A DNA stretch of 64,000 bases from Candidatus Zixiibacteriota bacterium (lineage in GTDB: Bacteria; Zixibacteria; MSB-5A5; GN15; JAAZOE01). This document shows, one piece after another, positions 49,638 through 59,117 of this stretch. Both the position numbers and the translations under genes were made by a program. The DNA lies in assembly GCA_043819555.1 (NCBI GenBank), contig JBDREQ010000003.1, positions 32,001-96,000 of the forward strand, given 5' to 3'. How positions within the stretch are numbered: the first letter of the stretch is position 1; each line of letters opens with the position of its first letter. The notes below the pieces were generated by a model that was not told the origin of the DNA, did no database searches, and saw nothing but the letters and a program-made list of their open reading frames with translations.

Positions 49638-52244
49638 ATGCAAAAAAATCATTACAAATATCTAAATGCATTAGCACTTGGCATTATTGTATTCTTAGTA
49701 TTAGGCGCCGCCGTTCAAGCCAATACGAGCCGCTTGACTTTGGAAAATGGAATGGAAGTAATCTTTAAGGAAAATCATTCAAGTCCAATGATTTCTTCGT
49801 TGGTATTTATCCGGGCCGGGGCCAAGTACGAAGACGAATTTAATAATGGCGTGACGCATCTTCTGGAGCATCTCCTGTTTGACGGAACTAAAAACAGGTC
49901 GCGCGAAGAAATTTCGAAAGGGGTAGAAAATTATGGCGGCTATATCAACGCCTTTACTCGAAAAGATCTGACCGCCTTTATGGTTTTAATGCCCAAAGAA
50001 TATATTGAAATGGGGCTTGAAATTCAGGCCGATCAATTATTCAATTCAATTTTTCCCGATGAGGAATTACCTAAAGAACGAAAAGTAGTTATCGAGGAAA
50101 TTCAGCAGGGTAATGATCGCGAATCGGAAGAGGCTTACCAGTTTTTCAATGCCAAATCAATGGCGGGAACAGCATACGAAAGAACCGTCCTGGGATATAA
50201 AAATATAATCGCATCACTTCCCAAAGAAAAGATCATTGAATACTGGAAACAATTTTATGCTCCCAACAATATGATCGCTCTGGTCATCGGAGATTTCGAG
50301 ACCGATAAAATGATCGAACAGTTTCGTTCGGTTTTTGGAGTCATTCCTCCGGTTGATTTGCCCAATCCCCCTGAAGTGAGCTATTTCCCGCCCACCGAGA
50401 AAAGAGTTTTTGCCAAAGCCGGGCCCACGAAACAAACATATATCAATATTGGAATTGACGCGCCCCATTTTACTGATCCCGATTATTACGCATTTGATTT
50501 GCTCGCGGAATATTTGAGTGATGACGCCAATTCACCGCTTGCGCAACAGCTTGTAGACGCCGAAGGCAGTCCTTTATATAGCTCCTTCTCGGCCAGTATT
50601 GAGACGCAGGAAGAGTTTTCTCGATTGACGATTGACATTATTACCAACGATGAAGGCAAAAGCGATCAGATTATAGCGGCAGTGGAAGATGTTCTGGAAA
50701 ATCTTAATGAATATCTTCCTCCAACCGAAATCCTGGATGGTATTAAAGTTTCCAAAAAAGCTAATGAGATATTCATGCAGGAGAAGTTGCACTATTATGG
50801 CTTTATCATCGCGCCTTTGATGGTTACGACCGGTTATGATTTTCTTGAATCATATCTTGAGGCAATCGACAAAGTTAATCCTTCGATTATATCCCGTGCG
50901 GCTGATCGATGGCTGAGTGATTTGAAATATATCGCGACTGTGTATCATCCTGCGGAAGAATCAGAAGCGGAAGAAGCTGCCGCATCAAAAACGGTGTATC
51001 GCAAAGAAACTCTTGAAAACGGTTTGACTTTGATAGTAAAATCGAATCCAGATAGCCGGGTATTTGCTCTGAATGTTATCGGGAAAAACCGCTCGGCATC
51101 CGAACCTCCGGGCAAAGAAGGCATAACCGATTTTGTTAATCGCATGATAAAGAAGGGAACGACGTCATTGAATGCCGAAAACCTAGGTAGCCGCCTGGCT
51201 TCAATCGGCGCCAACGTGACTCTCAATGATAATCCCTGGATTCCTTATGATGATCGCTATACTACTCGCCAGTTTTCGTTTATGAAATTCGAGACTATTG
51301 ATGAATTTACTTTGGATGGCCTGATTTTATTTTCCGATATGATTCGAAATCCGTCGTTCGATACGACCGAGGTGGAAAAAGTCCGGGGGCAATTGATGGG
51401 CGTTATCGGACAGGAGTCAGGATCAACTCTCAATTCATGCCGAAATCTCTTTTATGCTACTCTATTTGAAAAAGAAGCATTCGCCAAAACGATAAACGGT
51501 TCATCGGGCACAATTGGTTCGATTACTCGTGAGGATTTAATCGCATATCATCGCCATTTTTATTCGGCGGGGAATATGATTATTACAATCGGGACTAATT
51601 TCGACGCCGATTCGATGATGATAACGGCAAAAGAAGTCTTTGGCGATATGCCGGCGGTTGATTTTGCCGCGATGCCGGTTAAGGCGGGCACATCAGTGGC
51701 GGGAGCCAAGACTGCACATATTGATATGGATAAGGAACAGGTTTATATATTTCTCGGTGGATTACTGCCGGGCGCCGGGCATGAGGATGCTCCGGCGATT
51801 CGTCTGGCCGCTACAATCCTTTCAGATCGACTGGGGGCTAACTTGCGCGAAAAGCAGGGCCTTGCCTATTCAGTCGGGGCGGGGGCGTCATTCGATAAGG
51901 AGTTTGGATGGTATACCTGTACGATTGGCACCGGTCCCGAAAATTTTAAAATTGCCCGCGATGGAATTCTTACCGAAATCAATAAACTGCGAGATGAAGG
52001 AGCAACATCAGAAGAAATTGAAGTAGCCAAAAACAGCTTATGGGGGTCGACCTTGACCCGGCAATTATCACGAATTAATCAGTTGTATTATATGGGCATT
52101 AATGAATATCTGGAACTGGGATATGATTATTACGACAAATATGTTTCTGAATTGCGGGCTGTGACCGCCGAACAGATTAAAGCCGCGGCTCAAAAATATT
52201 TCGATACTCAAAATTATGTCATGACAACAGTCGGGAAAATATAA
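49638..52244 (+). CDS. Secreted M16 (pitrilysin-family) zinc peptidase, two fused halves
   Basis: Signal peptide; HLLEH (HxxEH) in the N-half; C-half has LREKQGLAY but no zinc motif. Confidence 0.92.
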   Translation: MQKNHYKYLNALALGIIVFLVLGAAVQANTSRLTLENGMEVIFKENHSSPMISSLVFIRAGAKYEDEFNNGVTHLLEHLLFDGTKNRSREEISKGVENYGGYINAFTRKDLTAFMVLMPKEYIEMGLEIQADQLFNSIFPDEELPKERKVVIEEIQQGNDRESEEAYQFFNAKSMAGTAYERTVLGYKNIIASLPKEKIIEYWKQFYAPNNMIALVIGDFETDKMIEQFRSVFGVIPPVDLPNPPEVSYFPPTEKRVFAKAGPTKQTYINIGIDAPHFTDPDYYAFDLLAEYLSDDANSPLAQQLVDAEGSPLYSSFSASIETQEEFSRLTIDIITNDEGKSDQIIAAVEDVLENLNEYLPPTEILDGIKVSKKANEIFMQEKLHYYGFIIAPLMVTTGYDFLESYLEAIDKVNPSIISRAADRWLSDLKYIATVYHPAEESEAEEAAASKTVYRKETLENGLTLIVKSNPDSRVFALNVIGKNRSASEPPGKEGITDFVNRMIKKGTTSLNAENLGSRLASIGANVTLNDNPWIPYDDRYTTRQFSFMKFETIDEFTLDGLILFSDMIRNPSFDTTEVEKVRGQLMGVIGQESGSTLNSCRNLFYATLFEKEAFAKTINGSSGTIGSITREDLIAYHRHFYSAGNMIITIGTNFDADSMMITAKEVFGDMPAVDFAAMPVKAGTSVAGAKTAHIDMDKEQVYIFLGGLLPGAGHEDAPAIRLAATILSDRLGANLREKQGLAYSVGAGASFDKEFGWYTCTIGTGPENFKIARDGILTEINKLRDEGATSEEIEVAKNSLWGSTLTRQLSRINQLYYMGINEYLELGYDYYDKYVSELRAVTAEQIKAAAQKYFDTQNYVMTTVGKI

Positions 52245-52319
52245 ATTGAAATTTCGATAAAATTAAATTTTCCCTCAAGGCAGCGGGATAGTTCTTTTTA
52301 AGGAGGTAAACTACGGGGA

Positions 52320-53210
52320 ATGAATATACCTTACTGGGGTGAGATTCTTGCCTTGATAACGGCAGTTATCTGGGCCAGCGCTGTTATTCTTTTCAAGAAA
52401 AGCGGTGAAACGGTTCATCCTATTGCGCTAAATTTATTCAAAAATTCTCTGGCGGCTGTATTGTTTGTCCCGACCCTGTGTATTGCCGGGCAGACTTTGT
52501 TTTATGACGCACCCGCCAATGATTACTGGTTACTTTTGCTGAGCGGAGCCTTAGGAATCGGTATTTCCGATACTTTCTTTTTTATCAGCCTCAATAAAAT
52601 TGGCGCCGGGCTTTCGGCGGTTGTCGATTGCCTTTACAGCACATTTATAATTGCATTGTCATTTATATTTATCGGCGAAAGTATGAGCTTTTGGCAGATT
52701 TTTGGAGCGATGTTGATTATATCGGCCGTATTAACTGCCGCCAGCCGCAAAGGAAGCGAACATCTTTCTCGCTCAGATCTTATCTGGGGGATTATCTGGG
52801 GCGCGCTGGCGATGCTCGTTACTGCCATCGGTTTGGTTATGATAAAACCGCTTCTTGATCGTTCGCCGCTTTTATGGGTAGTCGAAATCAGGCTCATCGG
52901 CGGGATACTGATTTTACTTTTATTCCTCGCTTTTTATAGAAAAAGAAAAATGGTTATCAAATCATTAACAACCGCAGGGGGGTGGAAATTCACGATATCA
53001 AGTTCCATTGTCGGGGCGTATCTGGCGATGATGTTTTGGCTGGGGGGGATGAAATATACACAGGCATCGACGGCGGCCGCTCTCAATCAAACAACGACAA
53101 TTTTCATATTTGTTTTTGCCTGGTGGTTTCTCAAAGAACCGGTTAATAAAATCCGTTTGATCGGAATCGGCCTGGCCGTCATCGGTTCGTTTTTTGTGAC
53201 GTTTGGGTGA
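52320..53210 (+). CDS. DMT/EamA family transporter
   Basis: About 10 transmembrane segments in two EamA repeats. Confidence 0.88.
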   Translation: MNIPYWGEILALITAVIWASAVILFKKSGETVHPIALNLFKNSLAAVLFVPTLCIAGQTLFYDAPANDYWLLLLSGALGIGISDTFFFISLNKIGAGLSAVVDCLYSTFIIALSFIFIGESMSFWQIFGAMLIISAVLTAASRKGSEHLSRSDLIWGIIWGALAMLVTAIGLVMIKPLLDRSPLLWVVEIRLIGGILILLLFLAFYRKRKMVIKSLTTAGGWKFTISSSIVGAYLAMMFWLGGMKYTQASTAAALNQTTTIFIFVFAWWFLKEPVNKIRLIGIGLAVIGSFFVTFG

Positions 53211-53247
53211 GGTGGAGTAATTAAAACAATTGCCCAATTAAATTTTG

Positions 53248-53827
53248 CTAAAAACTTACCGCAAAACGAATAACAAAAGCATCAAATCTATCATTAAATA
53301 TATCACTGGAGAACATCCCTGTACCATTATTATACCTGAATGTTATTCTCCTAAAATATTGAAATCGGTAACCTAGGTCTATAGAAGCATAGTATTTGCC
53401 GCCACGATTTGTTCTAAATCCGAATCCAGAAAATAACATACTGCCAGCATTCTTTTGGAAAAATGGCTCTACTCCTTCGGAAAAGGAATACCCATAATTC
53501 CCAAAGAAATATATTGTTTCTTTTAGACGACTAAAATAAATTCGCAAATCGCCAAATATCGGAAAAACCGTTTGCTCGGCTATTTTATCTACGCCCAACC
53601 CAACTGCCATCGAAAAATAATCATTTAAATAAAGTCCGTGAATCGTCCTGAAGCCGATCCCGAATTTCTCAAAATCACTATTAATTTCAACTCCAGATAA
53701 GTTGAGGTAAAGTGGTTTATATCTTTTTGGGTTCATCTTCAAATGGAGGGCGGGTATCAAAAGTATCTTGTGCAACCAGAGGAGACGTTAGAATTACACT
53801 TGTCAGAATAAAAACTATTACTCGCAA
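53248..53827 (-). pseudogene. Outer-membrane beta-barrel-like protein with a 1-nt frameshift at 53724-53728
   Basis: TTG 53827 with AGGA RBS gives signal peptide LRVIVFILTSVILTSPLVA-QD..., which stops just after an A5 run; removing one A joins it to the barrel ORF ending in F. Confidence 0.6.
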
Positions 53828-53992
53828 AATAATATCCTATTTTTGTATAAATATATCCATATTTCACTTTTTGTCAAATCAATTAGATATAAATTTTGAC
53901 CAAAGAATTCAAACTTAGCCTTCCTATTGGTCTTTTGTCCCAATAAGTTGTCTTTATCTGCATTGATACTTATTGACAAATTGAAAGGCGAT

Positions 53993-54838
53993 ATGATGAA
54001 GTTGGATTTGAGAATGGTAATATGTTTGGGATTAATGGCGATAATTACGCTCGGCGGGTGCAAGACTCAGGAAGTTGAAGGGATATGGGCGGAGAATACT
54101 GTTCAAATTGACGGTAATAATAATGACTGGCCGGATAAGGCGAGCATATTCTTCTCCGAACAAAACGCCGCGCTTTCGATCAGTAATGATAATGATTTTC
54201 TGTACATTCTATTCCGGACGACTGATGCACAGTGGGCGAAAATTATTAAAATGACGGGACTGAAATTATCGCTTAATAGTAAGGGTAACAAGGATATTTC
54301 AATTCTATACAAGGGCGGGCCTACCGAGGATGAACTTCGGGCGACATCCGGGCAGGCCGGTGTTCGCATGGGGCAAATACCAATGCAAATGAGAGACAGG
54401 ATGGGGACAAGCGGCCAAATGGAAAGTTTTACGCTTAATATTGAAGATGAGAATTTTGAGAAGATGATATCACCAAATGGAAATAATGGTCCGGCCGTGG
54501 CCTTTGATACATGCCAGGGATTTTATACTTATGAATTTCGTATTCCACTGGAGGTGGGTTCTGAAAATTATTTTGGCATCGGGGTAAAACCGGGTGATAA
54601 AATCGGAATCGGAGCTGAATGGGGCGATATGGGCGATATGAAGCGAACTCTGCCGAGCGAAGCTGGTGTCGGCCGAGGCGGTTCCGGCGGAGGCAGGGGA
54701 GGCCGAGGAGGAGGTAAAAGCGGTGGACGCGGAGGTGGTGGAGGAAGTGATATGCGTTTAGAAATGCCCCAAAAACAGGAAGTCCGGATAAAGACTCAAT
54801 TAAGTCTGTCACCTGAAGATAAGATATTGGATAAATAG
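53993..54838 (+). CDS. Hypothetical lipoprotein with Gly-rich segment
   Basis: Lipobox LGGC; IDG...DW; YE.RIPL; GGRGG stretch. Confidence 0.75.
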   Translation: MMKLDLRMVICLGLMAIITLGGCKTQEVEGIWAENTVQIDGNNNDWPDKASIFFSEQNAALSISNDNDFLYILFRTTDAQWAKIIKMTGLKLSLNSKGNKDISILYKGGPTEDELRATSGQAGVRMGQIPMQMRDRMGTSGQMESFTLNIEDENFEKMISPNGNNGPAVAFDTCQGFYTYEFRIPLEVGSENYFGIGVKPGDKIGIGAEWGDMGDMKRTLPSEAGVGRGGSGGGRGGRGGGKSGGRGGGGGSDMRLEMPQKQEVRIKTQLSLSPEDKILDK

Positions 54839-54872
54839 AAGAACCGGAGTATTGGGAACTCCAGTAAATATA

Positions 54873-55084
54873 TTATGGTTTTTCTTCTTCGTTTTCTTTT
54901 TTCATCGCATCGGCGTCGTAAGAAAAATGCATCTGAGTAATCACCCAATTGCCTTCTCTTTTTTCCAAAACGCCAGTATATCGGACATTTATCCAATTTG
55001 CAGGTTGGCCGTTCCATTCATTGATATCATCAAGAATCGTCGAAAACCATGCAACCGTTCCCGATTGAGACAAATTAATCCTCG
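54873..55084 (-). pseudogene. SnoaL/NTF2-like protein, C-terminal fragment only
   Basis: RINLSQSGTVAWFS...R.TGVLEKREGNW.I.QMHFS; the N-terminal half is missing. Confidence 0.7.
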
Positions 55085-55963
55085 TTTCCCACCTCGCTGG
55101 CGGCGACTGTTACCCTGGGAGTAGCCCCACTATTGTTTTTGCAGGTGATTTATGGAGAGTTTTTTTACTCGGCGACAATAATTTCCGGATGGAATTGGTT
55201 CATGATTGTACCGATTGTGATTGTCGTTTATTATTTACTGTATATCGCGTCTCTAAAAAAGAACCTGGCGGATAAGAAAAGGATAACATTACTATCGATT
55301 GCGGCCGTTGGATTGGTTTATGTTTCATATACCCTTACGATGATTTCCGATTTGGCATCCAAGACGGAACTGTGGGCAGGCTTATATCAAACCTCGCCGG
55401 AAGGCTTCAGCCTCAATCCCAACTGGGTTCAGACATTTTTCCGCTGGGGGCATTCAATCGCCGGAGCCTTGACAGTCGCCGGAATCATAATTCAGCTATT
55501 CGCGCTGTACTATAAAAAAGTCAAAGGCAATCTTGAGCTATTTGTTTATGGACGCAGAATATTTATGATTGGGATGATAAAGGCAGCTATTTTGGCGACG
55601 ATTTATTTACTGGTTATAGACTGGGACATCCTGATAGGTTTTCTATCGTCGCCGGGACTGCATGTGCTTTTGATGGCGATAGCCGTTAATATCGTCGCGA
55701 TTATAATAAATTATCGAGTGTCCGATGCGGAGAAAAATCGAGGGACGATATTGACCACGGCTGGATTGGTATTTGTGGGAATGTTCCTGATGGTTATGGC
55801 CAGACATTTCCTGCGCCTGGTTTATCTCGATGGAATTTTTGACCCGGCCCGCCTTGATATACAGACCCAGATGGGGCCGTTAATTTTATTTTTGACATGC
55901 TTTGTATCGGGAGTAATCGTTACAATCTGGATGATCCGAAGATATTTTTCGACGATCCAATAA
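55085..55963 (+). pseudogene. Polytopic membrane protein lacking its N-terminus
   Basis: Frame opens after TAA 55076 directly into FPTSLAATVTLGVAPLLFLQVIYG; no proper start codon or RBS. Confidence 0.6.
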
Positions 55964-56090
55964 ACCCAGGCGCTCAAGTAAGTTGGGGGGGACTCACCCG
56001 AAAGGACTTAGTTAGAGGTTGGGTAACCGGACCACAGCTCCCCCGAACAGAAAAAACAGGGAACTGACATATAAAAATGATATTTTCTCC

Positions 56091-56131
56091 TTGACATATA
56101 ATTTCTATATAGTATAGTACTATATAGAAAT
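56091..56131 (+). promoter_or_regulatory. Promoter overlapped by a perfect 14-bp inverted repeat (putative MarR operator)
   Basis: TTGACA 56091, 16 bp spacer, TATAGT 56113; ATTTCTATATAGTA-tag-TACTATATAGAAAT at 56101-56131. Confidence 0.75.
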
Positions 56132-56154
56132 AAAATAATTTAAGAGGACTTAAA

Positions 56155-56619
56155 TTGAATACTGATGAAATGAAACAAAAATGCCTTAGCCTGATGAACA
56201 GTACCGATATTTTGTACATGTCAACAATTGGGAATGACGGCTTCCCTCATATCAGAGCGGTTATGAATCTAAGAAACAAGAATAATTATCCAAATCTGAC
56301 AGAGATTTTCAGTCAAGCTGACATGGACTTTCAGACATATTTTGCCACCAAAACTTCATCGGATAAGGTCAAACATATTGCTGCCAATGACTCGGTCTGT
56401 TTATATTATTGCTTTCCCGAGAAATTTCAGAGCGTTATGCTGACCTGTCAGGCTCAACCCGTCCTTGATTTGAAATTGAAACAAATGTTCTGGCAGGATG
56501 ATTGGCAGCAATTTTTCCCGGATGGTTATAACGATCCCAACTATACTCTGTTGCATTTTGTGCCGTTGTATGCAAAAGGCTGGTGGGTAAACTCCGTATT
56601 TGATTTCAAATTACGCTAG
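56155..56619 (+). CDS. Pyridoxamine 5'-phosphate oxidase-like FMN-binding protein
   Basis: LST...DGFP.IRA; F.T..SS.KV..I..N; G..DP.Y.LL.F. Confidence 0.85.
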   Translation: MNTDEMKQKCLSLMNSTDILYMSTIGNDGFPHIRAVMNLRNKNNYPNLTEIFSQADMDFQTYFATKTSSDKVKHIAANDSVCLYYCFPEKFQSVMLTCQAQPVLDLKLKQMFWQDDWQQFFPDGYNDPNYTLLHFVPLYAKGWWVNSVFDFKLR

Positions 56620-57060
56620 GTGAATATGAAGTTAAAACGTCAAGGCGGATTTTTGATTGCAAAGATACACAGATTAGCCGGTCGAATATTTACCAAAAAG
56701 CTCAAGGGTCATAATATAGATATTATTAATCCGGCGCAGGGCAAAATTATGTTCGTGCTATGGAAAAACGATGGCCTTTCAATAAGTGAGCTAGCCGCCA
56801 AAACATCGCTCGGTAAATCAACCCTGACAAGTATGCTCGACCGCCTGGAAAATGCCGGTCATCTGAAACGGGTTGCCTCAGATTCTGACCGGCGCAAATT
56901 TCTATTATATCGTTCCTGCAAGGATAAAAAGATGGAAAAATTGTATACCGAGGTATCGGAAGAAATGAACAGGCTTTTTTATAAAGGTTTCACCAGTACA
57001 GAGATTTTGCAATTTGAGGATAATTTGCTGAGAGTGTTAAATAATCTTGAATCATTTTGA
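56620..57060 (+). CDS. MarR family transcriptional regulator
   Basis: ISELA..TSLGKSTLTSMLDRLE..G...R....DRR. Confidence 0.92.
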   Translation: MNMKLKRQGGFLIAKIHRLAGRIFTKKLKGHNIDIINPAQGKIMFVLWKNDGLSISELAAKTSLGKSTLTSMLDRLENAGHLKRVASDSDRRKFLLYRSCKDKKMEKLYTEVSEEMNRLFYKGFTSTEILQFEDNLLRVLNNLESF

Positions 57061-57096
57061 AAATGGAAATCTGAACAGATAGAGAAAGGATGTTTT

Positions 57097-57702
57097 ATGG
57101 GTAAACTCGATTTATTATTTATGTCAAATCGGCGGGAATTCATGCTGGAGACAGTACCGGTATGCGGAATGTCATGCCTCGCTCTCGCCAATTTTTCCAG
57201 CCTGATCAATGCCGGAAATGGGGGTAACGAGCAACCGGAAAAACATAAATTTCAAAAAGATTTTATCCAGACTTATGAACAAGCATTTCGCTGGCGGTAC
57301 GAATACTTTATTGAATATATGACCCGGTTCGGTGAATACCTTGGACGGGAAAACCTTGTCAATATGCTATTAAAGGCAGTTGATGATAGTAATCCGCCGG
57401 CTACAAAATCAGATCCTGATTTTTCATTCAGTAAATGGCTTGAAGGCGGCAAGATATATGAAAATATGATGAGTAAGATTGTTATTGAAAAAACTGATAA
57501 CGTTTATGAAATGAAAGTCACCGAATGTCTGTGGTGGAAAATATTTAAGGAGCATAACGCCACCGATATCGGTTATGCCGCTGTTTGTTATACAGATTTT
57601 TCATACGCACAGATGGTTCACCCTCAGTTACACTTGAAGCGTACCAAAACGTTGATGCAAGGTCATGATTGCTGCAACCATCGCTGGGAGTTTAATGGTT
57701 AG
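57097..57702 (+). CDS. L-2-amino-thiazoline-4-carboxylic acid hydrolase-like protein with Tat-like signal
   Basis: VTECLW, C..D and RTKTLMQGHDCC.H motifs; SNRREFM twin-arginine motif. Confidence 0.78.
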   Translation: MGKLDLLFMSNRREFMLETVPVCGMSCLALANFSSLINAGNGGNEQPEKHKFQKDFIQTYEQAFRWRYEYFIEYMTRFGEYLGRENLVNMLLKAVDDSNPPATKSDPDFSFSKWLEGGKIYENMMSKIVIEKTDNVYEMKVTECLWWKIFKEHNATDIGYAAVCYTDFSYAQMVHPQLHLKRTKTLMQGHDCCNHRWEFNG

Positions 57703-57825
57703 TTGGGTTCGGCGAACCCTTCAAGAATAAACGCAGCGTTTCTTCGAATGGATTCTCTCAAGGAAATTAGACTGGTTCAAATATGGGATCAAAACAAATT
57801 CAGAATATGGGTAACATTATTCAGA

Positions 57826-58404
57826 CTAAATTATTTTTTCAAATTCCGCTCGGAAGATATGTTCCGGTTGGGCGCCAATCAAGCGGCCGGTTTCCTTGCC
57901 GTTGGCATCGAGGAAAACAGTAGTTGGGATGCTCTGCCCCAAACCAAATTCACGGGTTGAATATGCATCGCCATATACGATCACCCAGGGAATATCCATT
58001 TGCTCCACATAAGGGACAACACGTTCGATTGTGTTTTGCTGGTCAACCGAAATTCCAATAATTTCTATTCCATGAGATTGATACTCGGCATAAAGTTTTT
58101 TCAGAGTCGGTAGTTCTCTCAAACAAGGCCCGCACCAGGTCGCCCAGAAATTTATTACAACCGGTTTACCGGCGAACTCGGACCATTTCCGAATGTTTCC
58201 GTTAAGGTCGCGTAATGAGAATCGTTCACGATTCATTGATGGAAGGTTTTTATCCGTACTTTGCGAAGTTCCCGCGGATTCTTTCTGAATCGTTCCGGCT
58301 TGAGTAGTATCCGTATCGCTTTTCCCACATGACGTATTGAAAACCAAGGCGCCTAAAATGATTAATACCGAGAAACTCAGGAGTGCTTTGTGATTTAATT
58401 TCAT
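57826..58404 (-). CDS. TlpA/ResA-like thiol-disulfide oxidoreductase lipoprotein
   Basis: NFWATWCGPC..ELP; lipobox NTSC. Confidence 0.92.
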   Translation of the reverse strand: MKLNHKALLSFSVLIILGALVFNTSCGKSDTDTTQAGTIQKESAGTSQSTDKNLPSMNRERFSLRDLNGNIRKWSEFAGKPVVINFWATWCGPCLRELPTLKKLYAEYQSHGIEIIGISVDQQNTIERVVPYVEQMDIPWVIVYGDAYSTREFGLGQSIPTTVFLDANGKETGRLIGAQPEHIFRAEFEKII

Positions 58405-58433
58405 AATTGAATTATGCAAGGCGTTGAGTCAGT

Positions 58434-59012
58434 TTAGGGTTTGTCTTTATTCTTATCTTGTTCTTTTTCGGCAAGAAACTGCTTGAAGTCCATTGTTTCG
58501 TATTTGTCATCTTTGAGGTATAGCAAAATGTTTATCAAATTTTCAGCCGTTTGATATCCGCGGAGCGGCGCGAGTTTTTCTCCATCTGATTTCAAAAACC
58601 AGAAATAAGGAAAAGAATGAACCCCTAATTCACCGGCCAGTTTTCGGCCGGAAGTGAACCATCCGTCAACATTTATTGTGTCGCGGGATTCGCCATCAAG
58701 GGTGATAGAAATATAGTACTCATTCAGGGCTTTGATGATTTCCGGGTCTTTAAATGTTGTGGCGTGCATTCGCTTGCACCAACCGCACCAGACCGCCGAA
58801 AATTCAAGAAAAATCTTTTTGCCGCTTTCTTTGGCCAGCTTCAAACCTTCAGGATAGCTGACCCAGTTTATCTCGTCCCTCGAGGCGGACTTATTTTCCT
58901 GAGATTTCGCAGCCGGGTCCTTTTTGGGAGACGAATCGGCAAAAATTAAGCCTGAAAATATAATAAGGATAAAAACTGACAGAGGAAAATTAAGTTTATT
59001 TACGGTGCTCAT
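58434..59012 (-). CDS. Exported thioredoxin-fold protein (SoxW/DUF255-like)
   Basis: Signal peptide; WCGWCKRM; FP cis-Pro. Confidence 0.85.
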   Translation of the reverse strand: MSTVNKLNFPLSVFILIIFSGLIFADSSPKKDPAAKSQENKSASRDEINWVSYPEGLKLAKESGKKIFLEFSAVWCGWCKRMHATTFKDPEIIKALNEYYISITLDGESRDTINVDGWFTSGRKLAGELGVHSFPYFWFLKSDGEKLAPLRGYQTAENLINILLYLKDDKYETMDFKQFLAEKEQDKNKDKP

Positions 59013-59117
59013 AATGCTCCAATGTATCCCCAAATCAATGCCGGCAATAGATTATACAGTACCATTAGCCTTTAGTTTACCTCAATATCGAAAAAAATCA
59101 AGAGCTTTCTTGTTTCT

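Noticed and set aside
54670..54745. G-rich low-complexity repeat
   Set aside because: Explained by the Gly/Arg-rich coding segment of the lipoprotein
55960..56070. ZTP riboswitch on the minus strand (CGCCTGGG and GGGGAG present)
   Set aside because: Lacks the GACTGGCG pseudoknot partner and P2, and no purine or folate gene lies downstream
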